Positions 42,833 to 52,612 of a stretch of DNA of 64,000 bases are shown in pieces. Below the pieces are notes generated by a model. That model was not told the DNA's origin and searched no databases. It saw only the letters and a list, made by a program, of their open reading frames with translations. The translations under genes were made by a program, and so were the position numbers. Numbering within the stretch: position 1 is the first letter of the stretch; the number at the start of each line of letters is the position of its first letter. Origin of the DNA: Minisyncoccota bacterium (GTDB lineage: Bacteria > Patescibacteriota > Minisyncoccia > JAHIHE01 > JAGLIN01); assembly GCA_041661265.1 (NCBI GenBank), contig JBAZUT010000005.1:27038-91037 (forward strand). The letters run 5' to 3'.

Positions 42833-43293
42833 CTCCCCTGACAAGGGGAGATCAAGAGGGGTTTGCATTTCGAACTGCATCCCTTTTATATACTTTATTT
42901 TTTAAATCCATATAAACGCCATCGATATTTTCAATTATTTCTTTATTCGTAAATCTGATTACTGCAATTCCATATTCGGATAATTTTTGTGTTCTGGTTT
43001 TATCATAATCCTCTTGTTCGGCATGAGAATCGCCATCTATCTCAATCGCAAGCAATAGTTTCGCGCAATAAAAATCAACTATGTAGTTCAGTAAAGGTTT
43101 TTGCCGTAAAAATTTATATTTTTCAAATTGCTTGTTGCAAAGCACCTTGTACCATAGTTTCTTTTCTGCAAATGTCGGATTTTTTCTGTTTTGACGGGCT
43201 TTTTCTGTAAGCTTTTTGTCATATGAGATATGTTTTTTTGATTTGAACATACTTGCATTAATACAACCCCCTTAATCCCCCTTATCAGGGGGA
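42833..43293. mobile_element. DUF559 gene bracketed by inverted copies of a CCCC/GGGG hairpin element
   Basis: ctcccctgacaaggggagatcaagaggggttt (42833-42864) and aacccccttaatcccccttatcaggggga (43265-43293). Confidence 0.6.
42852..43250 (-). CDS. DUF559 (Vsr-like) endonuclease domain protein
   Basis: RKNPTFAEKKLW, FLRQKP, YIVDFYC, IEIDGDSH, VIRFTN. Confidence 0.92.
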   Translation of the reverse strand: MFKSKKHISYDKKLTEKARQNRKNPTFAEKKLWYKVLCNKQFEKYKFLRQKPLLNYIVDFYCAKLLLAIEIDGDSHAEQEDYDKTRTQKLSEYGIAVIRFTNKEIIENIDGVYMDLKNKVYKRDAVRNANPS

Positions 43294-43305
43294 AATAATC
43301 TTTTT

Positions 43306-44514
43306 CTACTCCGGTTCTGTGAATTTAAAAGTGGAGAGAATTTTATCGAAATAATCCAAAGCTAAGTCATCTCTCTTTGAGTCACGCGCTATATTATAAG
43401 AATAGTCATTATATAATCTTATATTGTATATTTTTTCACCCTCTAGGAATATATTGGGCTCCCCGTAAAATAACCCGTTTAATTCCGTAACTCTTATTCC
43501 TTGCAGTCCTTCATATTGATAACTTTCATATTTCTCCACTACAGAAAAATTACTTTTAAGCCAGCTGCTCCAATTAAAATTAATCGGCTTAGAATAGACA
43601 TCAATCTGTACCCCTATCCAGTCGTTTGTATATTTTGGATTCATCTCTCTGCCATCAGATGAAAAAAAGTCATCCGGCGCTGCTCCGCCAATCACAATCT
43701 CTCTATCACTGTTTAATAGTAAAATACCGGCGTTATTATCCGGACTATCTTTTTTACTCCAGTCTTTCGGATATTTTGCCTCAAAACCATATTCTTCATT
43801 TCTGTAAGTTTGCCAATCCAATACATCATTCTTTGCAGGCCTTATATCTAAAATCTCCCCCGTCGCAGAATCTATCATTCGGGTTTCCGTCATTCCGGAT
43901 AATCCCAGGTCTGCTTCATAGGTGATGGTTTTGTCGTCTTGCGACCATACGAAATTTCTGCCGCTGCCGCCAATGAGAAAATAGAAACTCGGCTGACTAA
44001 TGCAAGCGCGCACGGACGATATTAAACCAAAATTACTCGATTTATCGTTATTTTTACAAAATGTGTCAGAGGGTCCTTTCGACTCAAGTTTATATATTCC
44101 GATCCACGCTTGCGGGAGATCCCCCGCCAGGCATCCGCTGGAAAAAACGATTCTGTCTCCACTACTCGATAGATTAGCGCTCAGAAAACAATCTCCTGCA
44201 TATTTGGCATTCGTATCCTGGAAAGTTTCGGAATCATATGCATAACCCGAATCTTTCATATATTTATTCGAATCGTCTATTGTAAATATTGCCTGTTTTG
44301 TATCAGCACTTAAAATCGATCTCGCATCGGAAGAAATTTCGATCCCCCTTATCTCCGCAACGTCAGATGACATATTATCCGTACCGAAACTTCGGGTGAA
44401 AACATATAAAGCAACGCTTGAAACAACAATAAAGCCCGCCACCGCAGACAGTCCGAGCACAGTCTTCGCAAACATGACGAACATAGGTTCTTTCTTTGTT
44501 TTATTCTTAGCCAT
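43306..44514 (-). CDS. Exported hypothetical protein with C-terminal PsbP-like domain
   Basis: TM; WQTYRNEEYGFEAKYPKDW...FDKILSTFKF. Confidence 0.75.
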   Translation of the reverse strand: MAKNKTKKEPMFVMFAKTVLGLSAVAGFIVVSSVALYVFTRSFGTDNMSSDVAEIRGIEISSDARSILSADTKQAIFTIDDSNKYMKDSGYAYDSETFQDTNAKYAGDCFLSANLSSSGDRIVFSSGCLAGDLPQAWIGIYKLESKGPSDTFCKNNDKSSNFGLISSVRACISQPSFYFLIGGSGRNFVWSQDDKTITYEADLGLSGMTETRMIDSATGEILDIRPAKNDVLDWQTYRNEEYGFEAKYPKDWSKKDSPDNNAGILLLNSDREIVIGGAAPDDFFSSDGREMNPKYTNDWIGVQIDVYSKPINFNWSSWLKSNFSVVEKYESYQYEGLQGIRVTELNGLFYGEPNIFLEGEKIYNIRLYNDYSYNIARDSKRDDLALDYFDKILSTFKFTEPE

Positions 44515-44657
44515 AGTTTTGTATTATTTTTTTCATAAACCAAACAAACAAGTCTTTGACTTATATGGCTATATTCTATCATTTTTTTCAATAATTATCA
44601 AAAAAAGAAATACCTGATGCGCAATGCACGGGTATTTCAAAGAATATTCCGCAGGAT

Positions 44658-46229
44658 CTATCTGTCGTATCCGGAATATGACAAATTGAAGCTTTTATTT
44701 ATAAGCGGAAAATCAGGAACAACATTCCCCTTTACCGCATATGGGAATGCCGCCCAGTTCAAGAATGAAGCGTCTCTTGCCTGGACACGACTGATCTCGC
44801 CATTCCTGTCCGTTGAGACAAAATATACTATATTACCCCGCCATCCTTCGGTCACAGAAACGGAATATGAGCTATTTTTGAACTTTATTGCATCTTTTGA
44901 CCTTATTTCACCTGGAGGAAGAACATACAAAGCCTTTTTCAGGATATTCATCGAAACGTATACCTCTCTCACCTTTACCATGAATCTCGCATAAACATCC
45001 CTGGTGCTTTCCGTCGGAACGTCCACTTCGAATTTATCATATGCGGCATATGGATAATCAACTCTCACGTCAAGATCAAGCCCCATTGCTCGCGCCGCAA
45101 CGCCGCATAGATCGTGATCGATAGCGGCTTGAGCGTCCATGAATCCGGTTCCTTTCAACCGATTCATAAGAGAGTTGCTATCGAAACATATTTCCATAAC
45201 TTGCCTGAAATCCGATTCAATTGCCTCAAGGTTCGTCCGCAGCTTATTTGCGGCTTCCTCTGAAACATCTTTTTCAACTCCGCCTATTGAATTTACGCCC
45301 CTGAGGAATCTGCTTCCCGTGAGCTTTTCATTCCATTGCATGATCATCTCGCGAAGCCTTGATCCGTTTGCGCCTCCGAAGTTGAAACCCGTATCCAGCA
45401 TGATGAATCCTATGTCATTGAAATGATTTGCGAGACGCTCAAGTTCCGCATAAACCACTCTCAGATACTTTGCGCGCTCGGGAACATTGACCCCGCCTAA
45501 ATTTTCCAATGCCTGACAGAATGCAAGCGAATGGCTGAACGAGCTGTCGCCGGATACCCCCTCTGAAAGCGCAACTTTTTTCGCAAGCGGCAGCACCTCA
45601 AACAGCTTTTCGACGCCCTTATGTTTATATCCCAAAAGAGGTTCGAGGGAAATGATCTCTTCTCCCGCGACCGAAAATCTGAAATGCCCGGGCTCTATGA
45701 TCCCGGCATGGACCGGTCCGACCGGGATCTCATATATTCCCTCTCCTTCAACCTTTCTGAACTGGTGCGGCTCACCTTTGGCGTTCTCGGGCCTGGTATC
45801 CCACTTGAAATCTTTTCTGAGCGGATAAACTCCCAAGGGCCAGTTTTCATGCAAAATAACACGCTTTTGATAGTAATGATCCGTCGGAATCAGTCCGAAG
45901 AAGGTCATAATCTCCCTTTCGTACCAGCTTGATCCGTGTATTTTCACAACCAATGACGGAAATTCCTCGGTATTCTTCAAAGTTATATAAGGAACCAGGA
46001 ACATCTTTTCTTTCGGTATCCCAAAAACATAGAATATTTTGAATGCGCCGTTTTCGCTCCGTTCATCCGTCGCTGTTATGGTCATAAGCTGCAACTTCTG
46101 TTCATTGTGAAAGCCGACACAGACATTTTCAATGTCCCGAGCCGGGACTTCGAACATCAGAAGGTTATTCTGTTCTTCTGTCCTATAATTTGAAGGTATA
46201 TATTTTTTTATTATCTCTTCTTTGTTCAT
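44658..46229 (-). CDS. Ehr/HycE-like large subunit (NuoC+NuoD fusion) lacking Ni-Fe cysteines
   Basis: YEREI, GPVHAGIIEPGHFRF; L1 site reads EGVSGDS, L2 site reads NLSYSGYD. Confidence 0.9.
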   Translation of the reverse strand: MNKEEIIKKYIPSNYRTEEQNNLLMFEVPARDIENVCVGFHNEQKLQLMTITATDERSENGAFKIFYVFGIPKEKMFLVPYITLKNTEEFPSLVVKIHGSSWYEREIMTFFGLIPTDHYYQKRVILHENWPLGVYPLRKDFKWDTRPENAKGEPHQFRKVEGEGIYEIPVGPVHAGIIEPGHFRFSVAGEEIISLEPLLGYKHKGVEKLFEVLPLAKKVALSEGVSGDSSFSHSLAFCQALENLGGVNVPERAKYLRVVYAELERLANHFNDIGFIMLDTGFNFGGANGSRLREMIMQWNEKLTGSRFLRGVNSIGGVEKDVSEEAANKLRTNLEAIESDFRQVMEICFDSNSLMNRLKGTGFMDAQAAIDHDLCGVAARAMGLDLDVRVDYPYAAYDKFEVDVPTESTRDVYARFMVKVREVYVSMNILKKALYVLPPGEIRSKDAIKFKNSSYSVSVTEGWRGNIVYFVSTDRNGEISRVQARDASFLNWAAFPYAVKGNVVPDFPLINKSFNLSYSGYDR

Positions 46230-46241
46230 GTCTTTATCTCG

Positions 46242-47696
46242 TTATAAAAATAATTTAGATGCGCTCTCGATCAATCTCACGATAAAAGGCGGAAAGAATA
46301 ATCCGAAGCCCACAAGAATGACAGCGACAACCGCAAGCGGAGCTGTCGTTAGAAATCCGAATTCGCCTTTCTTTATCCCGGCAGGAACTTCCCCGAATAC
46401 CATTGATGTCGCATGCCTCAGGAAACCCACAAATACGATGATTATGCCGGCCATTGCAAGCGCGACTATTCCGGGATAACTTGATATTCCCGCGGATAAT
46501 ATATAGAATTCCGTGAAAAAGAGGCCGAATGGAGGGACTCCGGTTATCGCAAAAACCCCAAAAAGGAACAAAATACCTGTAAATGGAAGTGCGGACAAAA
46601 CCCCTCTGACATTCGATATTTTGGTTGAGCTGTATTTCAGAAAGATGTTTCCGCTGCAAAGAAAGAGCAGTGATTTTGCAAGTGAATGGAAGACCATATG
46701 AAGAAGTCCCGCCAAGACTCCCATCCCTCCGAATCCGAAACCCAAAGCTATTATGCCCATATGTTCGATCGATGAATAAGCAAGCAGGCGCTTATAGTTT
46801 ACCTGGACCAAAATGATAAAAGCTGCGATGATGATCGATACGATTCCGAAAAGAACCAGAAGTCCGCTTGAAAAATCCGAACCTATCATATTGTCAACTA
46901 CGATCTTGTTCCTCAAAATTGCAAAAAATGAAACGTTCAGTAGCACTCCGGAAAGAAGCGCGGAAAGAGGTACTGGCGCTTTGGAATGAGCATCGGGAAG
47001 CCAGGTATGCATCGGAACAAGTCCGGTCTTGGTGCCGAATCCCACCATAATGAAAATGAAAGCTACCTTTATGGCCAGCGGATCCTGGATCGCACCGATA
47101 CTTATCAGGTCTTTCCAGCTCACTATCAGCTCAGTTCCCTCAAGATGCGACGAAGACACTGCAAGCAATATTAGCGTTCCAAGAAAACCCAGAAGCAATC
47201 CGACCGAATTTATGATCAGATATTTCCATGCCGCCTCCATTGCTGATGGTTTGTTGTAAAAACTGATCAGGAACGCCGTGGACAGCGTCGTAGCTTCAAT
47301 TGCGATCCACATCAGTGCCGGATTAGAAACCATCACGGCAAAAAACATTGTAAAAATAAAAAGATTCAGAAGGATGAAGAACTGCTTGATCCTGCTGAAA
47401 CCTACTATATCCTTCTTGTTCTCTTCGTGAAGATATCCCATAGAATAGATGCCTGCCGAAAAACTGCCCACCGTGATGATAAAGATCAGCAGCGCGCTGA
47501 GCGAATCTACATAATAATATGTCGAGGAATATATTCCGCTGGCGATCGTTTGCGATATAACGCTTGCCGAAAAGAATATTTCCAGGGCCGAAGCCGCGAA
47601 CATTATATGTTTTATATATATTTTTTGCTCCCTTTTGACGAACGATACGGATATTGCCGCAAGGATGGGAACCAGAAGAAGAAATGTTAATAGCAT
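46242..47696 (-). CDS. HyfF-like antiporter-type membrane subunit
   Basis: IEATTL, EAAWKY, TKTGLVPMHTWLPDAH, KRLLAYSSIEH. Confidence 0.9.
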   Translation of the reverse strand: MLLTFLLLVPILAAISVSFVKREQKIYIKHIMFAASALEIFFSASVISQTIASGIYSSTYYYVDSLSALLIFIITVGSFSAGIYSMGYLHEENKKDIVGFSRIKQFFILLNLFIFTMFFAVMVSNPALMWIAIEATTLSTAFLISFYNKPSAMEAAWKYLIINSVGLLLGFLGTLILLAVSSSHLEGTELIVSWKDLISIGAIQDPLAIKVAFIFIMVGFGTKTGLVPMHTWLPDAHSKAPVPLSALLSGVLLNVSFFAILRNKIVVDNMIGSDFSSGLLVLFGIVSIIIAAFIILVQVNYKRLLAYSSIEHMGIIALGFGFGGMGVLAGLLHMVFHSLAKSLLFLCSGNIFLKYSSTKISNVRGVLSALPFTGILFLFGVFAITGVPPFGLFFTEFYILSAGISSYPGIVALAMAGIIIVFVGFLRHATSMVFGEVPAGIKKGEFGFLTTAPLAVVAVILVGFGLFFPPFIVRLIESASKLFL

Positions 47697-47708
47697 AGAA
47701 GTGTATTA

Positions 47709-48365
47709 TTAATCTTTCAAATGTGTTATTTGCGTGATATTAAGAGAACCGAAATGCTTATACATCATAGAAATGAAAACCGTTGCTATTACGCTCCAAA
47801 CAAAGATATCGAAAATTATCCCCAGTTCCAGGACCAGAGTCTGTTTCAAGCCTATGATCGAAGCGAAAGAAACAATGCAATTTTCCAGCGTAAGAATGCC
47901 TATGATCTGTGATAGCGCTCCTCTTTTGTTTATTGTGAGAAAAAGCGAGGCCAATATGCCGCTGAGCGCGATCGGGATCGCACTTGAATATTCCGTAGGC
48001 ATGGATGTCAGCGATCGGAACACGGAAGAATTCGCAAGAACGACGATGAGCATGATGACTATGAGCGTCATCGGAACACTGAGATATGACGTAGTTGCAA
48101 ATTTCAACTTTTGCCTGTCGATCAATTTGAAAAAGAAGATTGGCATGATGACAACTTTGACGGCAAGCATCGCCAGGGCGCTGATGAAAAGTCCCGATGA
48201 GTTTTCCTGAAAAGAAAAGATGATCAGCATCAGGCTCACGATAAAAGATTGCGCCGCATAAATCATAACACTTGTCCTGCTTTCATTCATCAGCTGCAAA
48301 ACTATCACCGTGATAAACAGCAGAGTCTCCAGAAAATATAGCGAATTTACGATCATTTCCTGCAT
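47709..48365 (-). CDS. HyfE-like membrane subunit
   Basis: Multi-TM, QIIGILTLEN, VLELGIIFD; operon position. Confidence 0.82.
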   Translation of the reverse strand: MQEMIVNSLYFLETLLFITVIVLQLMNESRTSVMIYAAQSFIVSLMLIIFSFQENSSGLFISALAMLAVKVVIMPIFFFKLIDRQKLKFATTSYLSVPMTLIVIMLIVVLANSSVFRSLTSMPTEYSSAIPIALSGILASLFLTINKRGALSQIIGILTLENCIVSFASIIGLKQTLVLELGIIFDIFVWSVIATVFISMMYKHFGSLNITQITHLKD

Positions 48366-48369
48366 AATT

Positions 48370-49302
48370 TTATATTATCGTTAAAACGATTGATATCATT
48401 CCAAGCACAAGAGAGGTCATCAGAAGATCCGGCAGTCTGAAAAATCGCAGTTTTGCGATAGTTGATTCCAGAACCGCCACGCTCGCGGACAAAACAAAGA
48501 CCTTCACGGCAAACAGCAGCAGCGAAACGATCACGGGAACAACCTCGGAAGTATTCGCGACCTGCCAGGGAAAGAATATATTCGCTGCAAGTGATATGAA
48601 GATGAGAAGCTTATTTGCCGCCGCCCATTCGATCAGAGCCAGCCTTTTTCCGGAATATTCGAGTATCATGGCCTCATGGATCATGGTCAGCTCAAGATGC
48701 GTTGCCGGATTGTCAAAAGGATATCTTGCGCATTCAGCGAGAAGCACTATATAGAAAGCGATGAATGCGATGAGGACCGGAGCAATGATATCGGAAACGG
48801 GCATCGACGAAAGCGCGCCTATCATATTCGGGAAATCGGACTTGCCGGTCAATAACGAAACTGAAAACAGCGAAAAAATAAATCCGCCTTCTGTAAGCGC
48901 CGCCACGGTCATTTCCCTGCTCGATCCCATTCCGCCAAAAGCACTGGAAGTGTCAAGTCCCGAAAGTGCCAGAAAAAAAGCTCCAAAAGCGATCAAATAG
49001 ACAAATACCAGAAAATCTCCAAGATACGAAAGCGACGCATCGGTGCTTATGGTCGGCACCCCAAACGAGATCGCTACCGTCAATGCAAAAAGAAAATAGG
49101 GCGTGTATCTGAATATCCAGGATGCATTTTCCGAGATAACTTCGTCCTTATTGAAAAGCTTCATGAGGTCGCGATATGGCTGGAATACGCTCGCCCCTTG
49201 CCTGTTCTGAAACTTCGCCTTGATCTTCCTAATCACACCGACGATCAATGGAGAAAATGCCGGAATGAGAAGCGACTGTATGATTAATAAAGCTATATTC
49301 AT
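48370..49302 (-). CDS. HyfC/HycD (NuoH-like) membrane subunit
   Basis: RKIKAKFQNRQG..QPYRDLMKL, GSSRE, PFDNPATHLELTMIHE. Confidence 0.92.
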   Translation of the reverse strand: MNIALLIIQSLLIPAFSPLIVGVIRKIKAKFQNRQGASVFQPYRDLMKLFNKDEVISENASWIFRYTPYFLFALTVAISFGVPTISTDASLSYLGDFLVFVYLIAFGAFFLALSGLDTSSAFGGMGSSREMTVAALTEGGFIFSLFSVSLLTGKSDFPNMIGALSSMPVSDIIAPVLIAFIAFYIVLLAECARYPFDNPATHLELTMIHEAMILEYSGKRLALIEWAAANKLLIFISLAANIFFPWQVANTSEVVPVIVSLLLFAVKVFVLSASVAVLESTIAKLRFFRLPDLLMTSLVLGMISIVLTII

Positions 49303-49306
49303 AATT

Positions 49307-51361
49307 TTATTTCGTTACCCAAATAAGAAGGATTATGATCGTCATAAAAATATACAAAAGATACAGATTGATATTTCCGCATTGGATCCTCTTTGCTATG
49401 TCCGAGATCCCTATGATCATGCGGGATACGGGTCCATAGATATAGCTTTTATATATATTTCCGATCCCAAGCGTGACAGTGCTGGATTTGGTGAAATATC
49501 TTATATTCGCATCATGATATTCGATATCGATCTGTTTTGTCGGCTTTAATATTCCGCTGAACATGGAAATTATCGAACGGGAAAAACTGGTAGCCGTAAT
49601 TTCCATCCGCGGATTTAGATTTGCTCCGCAATCCCATGTTCCATAGATCCTTTCCTTGCAAGATCCGGAGATCTTTTTTACCGCAAAATAGGCAATGGCC
49701 GCAAAAAGAACTATTAAAATAAATATCTGCATCATTGCAAGAGAAGCATGGTCGCTCCTGACACTGATGACTCCATTGCCGGCAGGCATAAACGGAATCT
49801 CATTTGAGAAAATCAGAAGACTATTCGTAATATTTCCGAGATAAATAACTACCCGATCGGAAAACACACCGAGAGCCAGGCACAGAAATGCAAGAACGGA
49901 CATTCCGAAAAGCAGAGTCCTGTCGGATTCCTTGGCGTTTTCGCTTTCATGGCTCCGGGATTTTGCAAGAAAAGTCACGCCGAACGCCTTCACAAAACAT
50001 GCGGCTGCAAGCCCTCCCGTAAATGCGAGAGAAACTATGGCAAAGATGAATACGCTTTTCTCAAATATTCCGAAAGTTCCGACTCCAGCAAAAAGCGCCT
50101 GATAGGTCAGCCATTCGCTCGCAAATCCGTTGAAGGGAGGCAGCGCTGATATTGCCACTGATCCTACAAGAAAGAAAAGCGCAGTATATGGCATTTTCTT
50201 GATCAATCCTCCATATTCTTCGATGTTGCGCGTGTGAGTTGCAGAAACGACTGATCCGGCTCCCAAAAAGAGAAGGGCTTTGAAAATAGCATGATTCATG
50301 GTATGGAAAAGAGCCGCAGCAAATGCGAGCGCAGCCAGCGTCATATTTTGCGCAGATATGAAAATCAGAGAGCTTCCAAGGCCCATCAGGATTATACCGA
50401 TATTTTCAACGCTATGGTATGCGAGCAATCGCTTGATATCGTGCTCGGTTATGGCATATAAAACGCCCAGGAGCGATGACACTGCACCAAGCACCAAGAC
50501 CAGCATCCCGAACCACATCGCATTGGAAGGGATAACATCGAAGAATAGCCGTATGATCATGAATATTCCAGTTTTTATCATTACTCCGGACATCAGCGCG
50601 GAAACCTGGCTTGGGGCCGCAGGATGCGCCTCCGGAAGCCAGATATGCAACGGTATAATTCCCGCTTTTGTTCCGAATCCCACCAGCATCAGAAGCGATA
50701 TTATTGCAAAATAGAACGGGGAAATATTCGCCGAAGCAAGTCGGATCGCATCGAAATCAAAAGAACCGGTCGCTGAATATATGAGCATGAACGCCAGGAT
50801 TATTCCCCCGGTCGCAATATGCGTCATTATGAAATATAAAAACCCTGCCTTAATATTCTCCTTATGGTCATGCTCAAAGATTACGAGAAAATACGAGACC
50901 AGAGACATCAGCTCCCAGACAACCAAAAAATATAAAGCGTCATTCGAGGTCACCACCAGCATCATGCTCGCGATGAATATATTATAGAAAAATCCGAACA
51001 GCCCTATATTGTACTTTCCATAGAATTGGCGCATATATCCGATCGAATAGACGGAGCTGAGAAGCGCGACCAATGAGATTATAAAAACGAAAAAAGCTGA
51101 CAGAAGGTCAACTTTCATATTTATCGGAAAAAGGAAAAATGTTTCGGTAGCTTTGAATGAAAAATTTGAATTGGATAGGATGACAGATACAGCATATAAA
51201 AGTCCCATGAAGGACCCGAAGATCGCGAAGCTATTGCCCCAAATATTCTCCAAATTATCATCTTTTTTTAGTACGGATATGAGGAGCGCTCCGATTGCGC
51301 CAAGAGCGAATATACCGAGTGAAATAAATAAACCTTCCTGAATAAAAAAAGCTGGAAACAT
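49307..51361 (-). CDS. HyfB-like antiporter-type membrane subunit
   Basis: WELMSL, TKAGIIPLHIWLPEAHPAAP, KRLLAYHSVEN, PPFNGFASEW. Confidence 0.92.
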   Translation of the reverse strand: MFPAFFIQEGLFISLGIFALGAIGALLISVLKKDDNLENIWGNSFAIFGSFMGLLYAVSVILSNSNFSFKATETFFLFPINMKVDLLSAFFVFIISLVALLSSVYSIGYMRQFYGKYNIGLFGFFYNIFIASMMLVVTSNDALYFLVVWELMSLVSYFLVIFEHDHKENIKAGFLYFIMTHIATGGIILAFMLIYSATGSFDFDAIRLASANISPFYFAIISLLMLVGFGTKAGIIPLHIWLPEAHPAAPSQVSALMSGVMIKTGIFMIIRLFFDVIPSNAMWFGMLVLVLGAVSSLLGVLYAITEHDIKRLLAYHSVENIGIILMGLGSSLIFISAQNMTLAALAFAAALFHTMNHAIFKALLFLGAGSVVSATHTRNIEEYGGLIKKMPYTALFFLVGSVAISALPPFNGFASEWLTYQALFAGVGTFGIFEKSVFIFAIVSLAFTGGLAAACFVKAFGVTFLAKSRSHESENAKESDRTLLFGMSVLAFLCLALGVFSDRVVIYLGNITNSLLIFSNEIPFMPAGNGVISVRSDHASLAMMQIFILIVLFAAIAYFAVKKISGSCKERIYGTWDCGANLNPRMEITATSFSRSIISMFSGILKPTKQIDIEYHDANIRYFTKSSTVTLGIGNIYKSYIYGPVSRMIIGISDIAKRIQCGNINLYLLYIFMTIIILLIWVTK

Positions 51362-51363
51362 AG

Positions 51364-51900
51364 TTATGATTTACTGTTATTTTTATCAATTATCTTCAAA
51401 ATTTGAAGCAAAGCGCAAAGGATCCTCTTTGGTGAAGGTGGATCTCCGGGAATCTTGAAATCGACCGGTATCACTTTTTCCACGCCATCCATTACGGCAT
51501 ATGAACCCTTGAAAATTCCGCCGTCGATCGCATCATCCCCCACCGCAACGACTATCTTCGGTTCAGGAGTCGCTTCATAGGTCTTTTTCAGGGCTGCGGC
51601 CATATTCCTGGAAACAGGGCCTGTGACCATCAGCATATCGGCATGCCTCGGAGATGCGACAAAATGCACGCCGAACCGCTCCACGTCATAAAAGGAATTG
51701 CCCAAAGCAGTCAGTTCCTGCTCGCAGGCATTGGTGGACCCGGCATCAACTTCTCTTATGGCAAGCGAACCTTTGAATATTTTCCTGATCTCTTCACTCA
51801 ACTTGGTGCCGATAAATTCAACGTCCTTTTCAGAATAGAGTTTTTCGGGCTCTATAATTGTTTTCGGAGTTGAAAATATTTTGGAATACATCCTCAGCAT
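51364..51900 (-). CDS. HycG/NuoB-like small subunit with degenerate Fe-S ligands
   Basis: DAGSTNACE, ASPRHAD, VAVGDDA, IPGDPP. Confidence 0.9.
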   Translation of the reverse strand: MLRMYSKIFSTPKTIIEPEKLYSEKDVEFIGTKLSEEIRKIFKGSLAIREVDAGSTNACEQELTALGNSFYDVERFGVHFVASPRHADMLMVTGPVSRNMAAALKKTYEATPEPKIVVAVGDDAIDGGIFKGSYAVMDGVEKVIPVDFKIPGDPPSPKRILCALLQILKIIDKNNSKS

Positions 51901-51913
51901 AATTTAATATAAC

Positions 51914-52022
51914 CGAATAAAACACCGCAAATAGGCGGTATTCAGCATTTTCTTTCCTAAAATGTTGATATCTTGGATAAATGTATCAAAAAACTGCTCT
52001 CACTGGAAATCTCAACACCTAT
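51914..52022 (-). promoter_or_regulatory. Structured 5' leader with intrinsic terminator (candidate riboswitch/attenuator)
   Basis: Promoter TTGACA(52047-52052)-16-TATTGT; terminator AAUACCGC/GCGGUGUU-UUAUU; competing 5' pairings. Confidence 0.55.
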
Positions 52023-52037
52023 TTACAATAGCCTTTT

Positions 52038-52496
52038 TTAATATTTTGTCAACCTCCTCTTTAATTTTTTGATAAGATCCTCATCGCTTTCAAATTCAAC
52101 GATCTCGCATTTGCTTATCGAATTCAGACCATGGGCAAGCAGCGTGATCTTCTCTTCGGGCCTTTTTATTATGATCACCGGAATGCCGCTCCTGATGGCA
52201 TAACCGATCTCGATGCAGACTCCTCCGCTTTGAGGATCTCCGATGTATGCAAGAAGAAGGTCCGTTTCGTCCGTTATTTTTTTGTATTGCGCCATGAACA
52301 GTTCCCGAAGCGGAGGAAATGTTTTGCCCCAGCCATGATAGTCTCTGTGAGGTATCGTGATCTCATGCCCCATCTCTTCGATCCTATCCGTCGTATTTTC
52401 GAGCCATTTATTAAAATCGTCGGGAGTCCAGCCGTATTCCGCTCCTTCTTTTTTGATCGCAAGATTTGTGTATGGCGCCGCAAAATATATGCGCAT
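52038..52496 (-). CDS. Nucleoside 2-deoxyribosyltransferase-like protein
   Basis: IYFAAP, D.LLAY, SGGVCIEIGYA, IPVI. Confidence 0.8.
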   Translation of the reverse strand: MRIYFAAPYTNLAIKKEGAEYGWTPDDFNKWLENTTDRIEEMGHEITIPHRDYHGWGKTFPPLRELFMAQYKKITDETDLLLAYIGDPQSGGVCIEIGYAIRSGIPVIIIKRPEEKITLLAHGLNSISKCEIVEFESDEDLIKKLKRRLTKY

Positions 52497-52612
52497 AAAG
52501 GTCAGTTAGTTCATATGATTGCATTTTATCACTTTCAAGGAAGCATATCAATTTTGGCGAATCCCGATTTTTGTGTTATAATTGCTTTATATTAACCAAA
52601 TCGTTACCGACC

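Noticed and set aside
44658-46229. Functional group 4 [NiFe]-hydrogenase or formate hydrogenlyase
   Set aside because: Both metal-binding CxxC motifs are absent.
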